From positions 96,001-160,000 of IMG/VR virus record IMGVR_UViG_3300032280_000442: a stretch of DNA of 64,000 bases; one strand, 5' to 3'. The notes under the pieces were generated by a model. The model was not told where the DNA came from, did not search any database, and saw nothing but the letters and a program-made list of their open reading frames with translations. The stretch comes from a virus (lineage: Duplodnaviria; Caudoviricetes). Below, in pieces: positions 57,453-64,000 of the stretch (positions are counted from its first letter, which is position 1; each line of letters begins with the position of its first letter). The position numbers and the translations under genes were made by a program.

Positions 57453-60400
57453 TTAAAATCTTTGACAAGTAATACTAAATTGTACCCCAACATTTATTGA
57501 TATAGTTGTTCTTATTTGTGTTGATGAACAGTTAGTATCCCATATTCTAACCATAACCGCATTACTATCCTCATACCCAAGAATATTCCCTGACATATCT
57601 TCATAACGATAATCATATCCTAATGAAATCATTTGTTGTAACGTTTGGTCTAATGAGTAATTCCAATCATTTAAACAAGGATAACTATCTGTTATATTAT
57701 GTAACACACAATTAGGTGTATTATAAAGACCAGCACCATAAAAGAATGGTGATTGAGGAATATTAACACCATTTATCCTTATGTCAACAAACCATTGACT
57801 ACTAATCGAATTAAAATCACAATTAAATAGGGCCGGTGTAGGTCCAAGAGGAGGGTTAAGTGAATTATTAACAACATCATACAATACCAAATCAAATCCT
57901 TTATCAGGGTATCTATCACACAATGTTGACCAAACAGTACAATTGTTCAGATAAATACTACCTATAAATTTACAAGGTTTACAAAGAATCGGTACTAAAT
58001 CACAACCTCTTTGTCTTCTCCATACAAACTTTTGTCTATGAAAAATTGAATTCTCTAATTTAACACCTGTATTCCAAATAGTACTTGCCGGTATCATTTG
58101 TTCAACCAAACGAATCCAATAATCTCCCATACCACTAACATAATCAATCATAGTACTGTAGGTGAAATTATCATTTTGGACCCCCGCTAAAGATTCTGAC
58201 TGTAAATAATTCCAATATATCGATGATAGTGTTGGGTATCCACTTGTTCCTCCATCAGTCGCGTATTGTCTATTTCTAACATTAATTGTATTTCTCCAAA
58301 ATGTTTGAGCAAATTCAAAAAATGTTTGTTTTAATGGTTGAGGATTAATAACTGTTGAATCAACACCACCTCTATGTGGGTATGCAGAAATAGGGTCAGG
58401 ATTACATCTTGTTGGAGCAACATAACCTAAACCTTCATTCGCTATAGGATAGTTAGATTGTCTAGACATATACCAAACATCATATACTAATCCTTGTGCT
58501 GGATTTAAGTATAAATCAACGTTTTTAACATTAATTACTAAATTTTCATTATCAGCGTTATATAATGCGTCATACCCTCCGTCTAAATTACTTCTTGCAC
58601 CAATTTCAGTATCAACCCAACTTTTATTATTATCAACAATTGATGTTAAATTATAACCTAAATCAGTAAATGGAAATTTTCTATAAACATCCAAATATTC
58701 CTGACCATAGGTGAATGGAGCTAATTTTGTTTGATAATTTGGGTTTGACCCTGTAAATACACTTTTTGTTAAATCAGGTTGTTCCGGCGACCTATGTTTA
58801 GGTGTCGATTCAAACCATCCACTACCCATTTGATAATAATAAGTTTCAGAATTAACCGGTGACTGAGGAAAACCATAATCACTAATTGGAAAATCACTTT
58901 TAGTCACATTAGCTTCTTGAAGGACAGATGTTGTTGTAAAACCTGAATATTGATTACCTTGTATAGTAAAAGTATAACCACCGTCTAACGTAGGTAATGT
59001 TTTACTATAAGTTCCTCCTGATATGTTGGCATATTGTGAGTCAAAATCTGACATATTTATTTTTTGGCCCGCTAAATAAACATATTCATTAAACTCAACT
59101 AAAGCGTCCGGAGCACCAATCAATCTCATTAAAGTTTCGATTGACTTTCGAGTCCCTTTAGATTTAAACAAATATGCAGAATTAAGAACTAAATTTTTAT
59201 AATATTGATAATTTAATTCATCAGGTGTTTGAGATTGACCAACACCACTAAAAGCAGATTTATCTACATTTTTTTGACCAAAAACTGAAGATAAAAAATC
59301 ATCATTAGTTATTGGTGACATATTTGTTGACCAACCTAATGTTTGAGATAAATTTTTTAATAACTGTGATGGCATATCATTACCTGTATTATAATTTACA
59401 GAATTCATATAAGCCAAACCATTTATAAATTTCTTAGTTTCATCAAAACTTCTACCATAAATTTGTAATATTTTTTCAATTTTTTGGTCAGAAGTGTCAA
59501 ATTCTTTAAGTGAATCAGTTGTTAAAAATCTAGAAACAAGATTTGTTTGATAACCATCAAAAGACAAACTGATTTCATTTAACGTTGTTAAATAAGTCGT
59601 AAACGAATTTGTTAAAATATCTAAATTCCAATTACCATATAATGGCCAAGTAACTAATTTATTTTGTATATAATAAGTTCCATCATCATTTTCATTAGGA
59701 ACTTTAAAAGTTGCCGTATAAATAGGAACTATATTTCTGTTTAATAAAAATCTTTGAACCTCATCTAAATCTTCATTAAAAACTCTATTAACTTGATAGT
59801 CGTTTGGTCTAATAATTAAATCTTCATATGTTTCAGTTTGACTTGGAAACACATTACCTTTAAGATATATTTTAAGAACCCCTGTTGTCAAAGACGTTGT
59901 TGGGTCAATATGCGTAACATCATAACCACTACCACTATAATATAATGAATATTTGGTAAATTGAGTTGTCATATTTCTTAAAGGAGAAACTTGAATTTCT
60001 CTTAATTCTAAGTTTCTAGTGGAGTTAACTGTAAAATCGACATCAAATGGATTTCTAATTTTTGGAACACTAATTTCAATACTAGTTTCATCAGTGATTG
60101 GATTATAAGAAATATTTGTTGCCGTCGTACCGGTTATATAATTCTCATCCATAAAAGTAACTTCTAACGCCGCAGGGAATTTACTAATAATAGTTTCAAC
60201 TGATGTTGAAATTCTTTTAACCATTGACCCATATGAAGTAAAATTAGTTACCTGAGTTAAATCAAAATTTGGATATACTTTAAAATTATTTTCAAAAATA
60301 GCTTTTGATTGTGCAATACTATTAACACCTAACCCCTCTAAATTTATTGGGTTTGAAAATGTTCCTGTTGTAAAAGTCCTATTTGATTTTTCAGTAATAC

Positions 60401-60530
60401 CTGTTGTAAACTCAAAATTACCTTGCGTCAAACCTCCCCCCGCAACAAGTTGGAATCCAACTAAATTATCGGAAAAAGTACCAGCGCCGGAGGCTGTCTG
60501 TGGTGGACACGTAAATTTTTCTATTGCCAT
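57453..60530 (-). CDS. Baseplate wedge/tail-like structural protein
   Basis: LLKNLSQTLGW..YLFKSKGTRKSIETLMRLIG (P2 gpI/baseplate-like motif). Confidence 0.6.
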   Translation of the reverse strand: MAIEKFTCPPQTASGAGTFSDNLVGFQLVAGGGLTQGNFEFTTGITEKSNRTFTTGTFSNPINLEGLGVNSIAQSKAIFENNFKVYPNFDLTQVTNFTSYGSMVKRISTSVETIISKFPAALEVTFMDENYITGTTATNISYNPITDETSIEISVPKIRNPFDVDFTVNSTRNLELREIQVSPLRNMTTQFTKYSLYYSGSGYDVTHIDPTTSLTTGVLKIYLKGNVFPSQTETYEDLIIRPNDYQVNRVFNEDLDEVQRFLLNRNIVPIYTATFKVPNENDDGTYYIQNKLVTWPLYGNWNLDILTNSFTTYLTTLNEISLSFDGYQTNLVSRFLTTDSLKEFDTSDQKIEKILQIYGRSFDETKKFINGLAYMNSVNYNTGNDMPSQLLKNLSQTLGWSTNMSPITNDDFLSSVFGQKNVDKSAFSGVGQSQTPDELNYQYYKNLVLNSAYLFKSKGTRKSIETLMRLIGAPDALVEFNEYVYLAGQKINMSDFDSQYANISGGTYSKTLPTLDGGYTFTIQGNQYSGFTTTSVLQEANVTKSDFPISDYGFPQSPVNSETYYYQMGSGWFESTPKHRSPEQPDLTKSVFTGSNPNYQTKLAPFTYGQEYLDVYRKFPFTDLGYNLTSIVDNNKSWVDTEIGARSNLDGGYDALYNADNENLVINVKNVDLYLNPAQGLVYDVWYMSRQSNYPIANEGLGYVAPTRCNPDPISAYPHRGGVDSTVINPQPLKQTFFEFAQTFWRNTINVRNRQYATDGGTSGYPTLSSIYWNYLQSESLAGVQNDNFTYSTMIDYVSGMGDYWIRLVEQMIPASTIWNTGVKLENSIFHRQKFVWRRQRGCDLVPILCKPCKFIGSIYLNNCTVWSTLCDRYPDKGFDLVLYDVVNNSLNPPLGPTPALFNCDFNSISSQWFVDIRINGVNIPQSPFFYGAGLYNTPNCVLHNITDSYPCLNDWNYSLDQTLQQMISLGYDYRYEDMSGNILGYEDSNAVMVRIWDTNCSSTQIRTTISINVGVQFSITCQRF

Positions 60531-61438
60531 TATTGAGTTATATTTGTAAAGTTTTTACTAAAATCTATATTATTTCCTCTATCTTGTCTAACCTCATATA
60601 ATAACTCATTAAATTGGTCTCTAATTTCATATAAGTTGTATTGTTTGTATATATTATTAGCATTATCATATAATGTGTAGATACCGTCATCAATAGATTT
60701 AGTTTGATTACCATATAGAGCAATTGCCAATGTTGAGAAATCGTGTTCACCAATTTCAATATCCAATGTTATTGGATTAAAGAAAGTATTTGTAATAATT
60801 ACACCTTGATTTGGTTGACCAATATATGGCGTAGCATTTGGCTTATTTGTTGGTGCCGAAGATGGTGTTAACGTACAGAATAATAAATTAGTATTATTGT
60901 CAGTATATTTATATCTAATCGCTTTTTGTGATGAGTTTGTTAAGTTTTGAACAACAGGTTCACAAAAAAATGATGAAGTAATAATTCTAAAAAAATTAGG
61001 TATTTTTGTCCCGTCCGAATTTAAATATTCAATTCTAAATCCAACCAACCCTTGATTGACAAATTTGTTACGATAAGTAGATGGGACTTGATTTAAATCA
61101 AAAATTAACCCTTTAACATTAGGAAGAGCAGATAAAACACCACAATCTAATATAGTCGTTCTTATTTGTGCAGGTCTAATAAATACGGTATATATACCTA
61201 TTTGGTTAAATTGTTCTGCAGGTAATTTTAAATTATATAACCCCCCTAATATCTCAATACCATTATTAACACCTGTAGTGTCATTATTATAGTAAGGTCT
61301 TAAAATAGACAATGCGTCCAATTTTGTTAAAACAAAATTATCCGTCTCATCTCTTGATGGTGTATAATTTAAAATTATCTCAACATCTTCCGGACTTACA
61401 TCAGCCGGTCTTATTGTTCCATATGTTCCTGTAGCCAT
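60530..61438 (-). CDS. Putative structural protein
   Basis: 302 aa ORF in structural operon. Confidence 0.7.
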   Translation of the reverse strand: MATGTYGTIRPADVSPEDVEIILNYTPSRDETDNFVLTKLDALSILRPYYNNDTTGVNNGIEILGGLYNLKLPAEQFNQIGIYTVFIRPAQIRTTILDCGVLSALPNVKGLIFDLNQVPSTYRNKFVNQGLVGFRIEYLNSDGTKIPNFFRIITSSFFCEPVVQNLTNSSQKAIRYKYTDNNTNLLFCTLTPSSAPTNKPNATPYIGQPNQGVIITNTFFNPITLDIEIGEHDFSTLAIALYGNQTKSIDDGIYTLYDNANNIYKQYNLYEIRDQFNELLYEVRQDRGNNIDFSKNFTNITQ

Positions 61439-61439
61439 A

Positions 61440-62678
61440 TTATATTTTAGTATTTACATTAAAAAATTTATACCCGTATTTGACTAAATCACCTACGTTG
61501 TCAACCTCACCCAATCTCTCAACTCTTTCAAGTGCTGAGTTCTTCCCTCGTTCTATAAATATGTTGGATTGCACTTCTGCCTCGTCAATTATGTTCATTA
61601 ATAAATCATTTTTAACTATTGGTTCACAAACTACCATATTAGAGGTTAAACCTGAAGATTTTGTAACAAAAATTGTTGTTCCATTTGAATAATCATAGTA
61701 ATCAATATCATTAATTGTATAGGCCGTATATAACCCAAACCCATCTACACTTGTTCCTGAATATTTTCCAATTACACCAGTATTACCTGTTACTTGAATA
61801 CCCGGTTTATATTTAACCGAACCATATTGTTTTAAATCACTTAATGATGAGGTTGTATAACCTGTTATTAAGAAAGGAATTGATTGTCCCGTAAATGGTG
61901 GGACATTACCTGTATTAAATAACCAAATATCGTTTGTTGTTGTATCACAACTTGAATCTCCACTGAATATATAATTGTAAGAAAGTAGAGTATTCGACCA
62001 ATTACCCCCTGCCGGTTTGAAATAAGCGGTCCCTTTTTGATTTGTTACTGTAGCACCTGTAAATGGTACATACACTGTTTTCTTAATTATGTTCGTTCCC
62101 CAAGGACTCATACCTGATAAAACAATGTTATATGTTTTACCTGTTGTTACTTGAGGGTAAGGGTGTGATAAAGGTAACGTTGATGTCACAGGTTGAACTG
62201 TTGAACCGTCACCCCAATCTATCTTATATGTTGAGAATTCCAAATACTTTTTAAATTCAGTATCCGATGTATTATAGAAATAACATTGATATGGTGAGAC
62301 ACTATTACCACTAAAAACAAAATTTAACATTGTCTCTTGTTGCAATACCATACCATCAAATACCGAGTAATATCCAATATCCGTTACAGTTTCTGTTAAT
62401 AAAATTGGTACCGTTAATCCGGTTAATAATGATGTTCCAAGTTTATTTGTAACCTTTGAAAGGTTCTTGGTGTTTGTTCCTCCTGATAATACTTCAGTCA
62501 TTGATGAGTAGACATAAGATGTCCCCGTCAAATCAATTTTAAAGGTCTTGGCAGGAATAATACAACAATTATTAACTATTCCAGTACCAGTTATAGTTCC
62601 GGCGTTATAAGTCACTTTAAAAATGTCTCCACTAATAAATTCAGGTGATATTTTAATACGATAATCTCTTTCTGTCAT
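61440..62678 (-). CDS. Putative structural protein with PKD-like segment
   Basis: IDWGDG..H.Y motif; EVQSNIFIERG. Confidence 0.65.
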   Translation of the reverse strand: MTERDYRIKISPEFISGDIFKVTYNAGTITGTGIVNNCCIIPAKTFKIDLTGTSYVYSSMTEVLSGGTNTKNLSKVTNKLGTSLLTGLTVPILLTETVTDIGYYSVFDGMVLQQETMLNFVFSGNSVSPYQCYFYNTSDTEFKKYLEFSTYKIDWGDGSTVQPVTSTLPLSHPYPQVTTGKTYNIVLSGMSPWGTNIIKKTVYVPFTGATVTNQKGTAYFKPAGGNWSNTLLSYNYIFSGDSSCDTTTNDIWLFNTGNVPPFTGQSIPFLITGYTTSSLSDLKQYGSVKYKPGIQVTGNTGVIGKYSGTSVDGFGLYTAYTINDIDYYDYSNGTTIFVTKSSGLTSNMVVCEPIVKNDLLMNIIDEAEVQSNIFIERGKNSALERVERLGEVDNVGDLVKYGYKFFNVNTKI

Positions 62679-62679
62679 A

Positions 62680-63501
62680 TTATGGATTTATATATTCATA
62701 CCATTTTATTGAACTCGTAGTCCCGACTCTGTTTACATTATTAAAAACCTCATATGTTCTATTTGAATAATTTAATCTAACTTCATAGTAGAAATAATCT
62801 TCAGGGTTAAATCTAAATTTTGCAGGTATAGCGCTTTGAGGTGTATTGGTCATTTTAACAAAAATACCCAATCTAGCATCAAAGAATTTTGCCGTCATAT
62901 AAAATTTACTAATATCTAAGAATTTTGTATTTCTCAACCAATATAAAAAGAAACCTTCTTTATCCCCAACATAATCTAATTTAAATGAAGGGATTTTAAT
63001 ATTAACCGGTGGTTGATAAGAAGTTGTTGTTGCTGTCACAGTAAACCCTTGTTGTACCGGTAATATTACCGTAAAATAATTTGTTTGACTAATCGCATCT
63101 TTAGTGTCGTAAAAATCCAATTTAAAAAATGATTTAGTAAACGGTTTTACATAATAATATATTTCAGTTGTTAAAAACCCTTCCGGAATATAACTTGTCA
63201 CCCAATTATTAGCCGTAGATGTTAAAACTTGTGATGAAGGATTTGCCGGAACACCTCCATTAATACTAAAAAAATGAAAATCATATTTAATATCAGTTTT
63301 AGTATCACTACTATAAGGTGCGTGTGCAAATCTTAGTATCTCAAAGTCACCAGGAAAACCAACAACCTCTTCAACAACGTTCTGTTGATATTCTTCAACA
63401 GCATTGTCTTGACCAAGAAAATCCCATTTAATTTCTATTGGTATATTGATATATTTGTCGCCCTCTTTTGGTAAGGTAAATTTATAACTATTATTATTCA
63501 C
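62680..63501 (-). CDS. Putative structural protein
   Basis: 273 aa ORF; SFFKLDFYDT. Confidence 0.65.
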   Translation of the reverse strand: MNNNSYKFTLPKEGDKYINIPIEIKWDFLGQDNAVEEYQQNVVEEVVGFPGDFEILRFAHAPYSSDTKTDIKYDFHFFSINGGVPANPSSQVLTSTANNWVTSYIPEGFLTTEIYYYVKPFTKSFFKLDFYDTKDAISQTNYFTVILPVQQGFTVTATTTSYQPPVNIKIPSFKLDYVGDKEGFFLYWLRNTKFLDISKFYMTAKFFDARLGIFVKMTNTPQSAIPAKFRFNPEDYFYYEVRLNYSNRTYEVFNNVNRVGTTSSIKWYEYINP

Positions 63502-64000
63502 AATTATCGTTTGTTGGTTCTGCAGCCCCGTAAAGAGTTGCGTAATTATTTAAACTACTTTCTATATAATTAGTTCCTTCAGGTATTATTCTAAAAATAA
63601 AATTACTATATGGATAATGTTTTCCGTTTAAAAATGGATAATCAACACCATTACCACTATTATCTTTAAATCCGTAACTATATAAATCTCTCCATATAAA
63701 AGAATTATAGGTTGTTGAGAAATATGAATAATCAGGAACATCCGCCATATTATTAACACTACCGGTTTCTATATAATCAGAATAATCTCTAATTTTTATT
63801 TTGTTATGTGGTTGATAATAATAACCCATTAAATTTTGAGGATTACCACCAATAGGGAAAACAATAGGATTAAATGTAAATTTATGTGAAATTTCACTAA
63901 TCATTCTTTCTTTCTGCTCATAATCATTCCATTCATAAATTCCACCATCAACAACATCACCTTCTTTTAACGAGTTCATATAAGTAAAAGTAATTGGTTG
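63494..64000 (-). CDS. Putative structural protein, 5' end beyond window
   Basis: Frame open from 63979 to window end (QPITFTY precedes M); WRDLY.YGF.D..GVDYPF.N..HY. Confidence 0.7.
   Translation of the reverse strand, partial: QPITFTYMNSLKEGDVVDGGIYEWNDYEQKERMISEISHKFTFNPIVFPIGGNPQNLMGYYYQPHNKIKIRDYSDYIETGSVNNMADVPDYSYFSTTYNSFIWRDLYSYGFKDNSGNGVDYPFLNGKHYPYSNFIFRIIPEGTNYIESSLNNYATLYGAAEPTNDNCE

Noticed and set aside
1548-61692. Numerous 60-175 aa ORFs nested antisense or off-frame in longer genes (e.g. 4458, 11549, 20090, 28589, 34669, 40425, 53212, 61480)
   Set aside because: Fully overlap well-supported CDSs and show no motifs or promoters
1-64000. Alternative genetic code (stop codon reassignment)
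   Set aside because: Genes are full length under code 11, and TAA, TAG and TGA all terminate well-formed genes

Overview
This 64 kb window is a gene-dense, AT-rich segment of a large tailed dsDNA phage genome (standard genetic code; both ends cut through ORFs). The host is very likely in Bacteroidota. Seven upstream regions carry the Bacteroidota housekeeping promoter TTTG-N19/20-TAnnTTTG, and the window encodes a Bacteroidota-type lipoprotein, sigma factor and histone-H1-like protein. The left ~41 kb holds accessory, DNA metabolism, lysis-like and probable head-associated genes: DUF6915/DUF6878, DIP1984-like, NUDIX, DHH, LysM, two DNA MTases, GIY-YIG and LAGLIDADG endonucleases, MetK-like, Grx/Trx, PcfJ-like, DnaJ, amidase, sigma, SbcC/SbcD, PD-(D/E)XK nuclease and primase. 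The right ~23 kb holds Cys-rich, Thr-Pro-repeat tail/fibre/baseplate-like genes and RuvC. The three strongest novelty candidates: (1) a ~190-nt structured ncRNA with a heptad-repeat loop in the DIP1984-like operon, whose 3' half is duplicated around an inserted lipoprotein gene; (2) a second promoter class (TATTTAT) ahead of many unrelated proteins sharing an N-terminal (I/L/V)-x-E leader, suggesting a head-packaged, protease-matured cargo set; (3) a free-standing promoter-sRNA-terminator unit. All family calls come from motif recognition by eye; no database search was run. No tRNA, rRNA or CRISPR array was seen.
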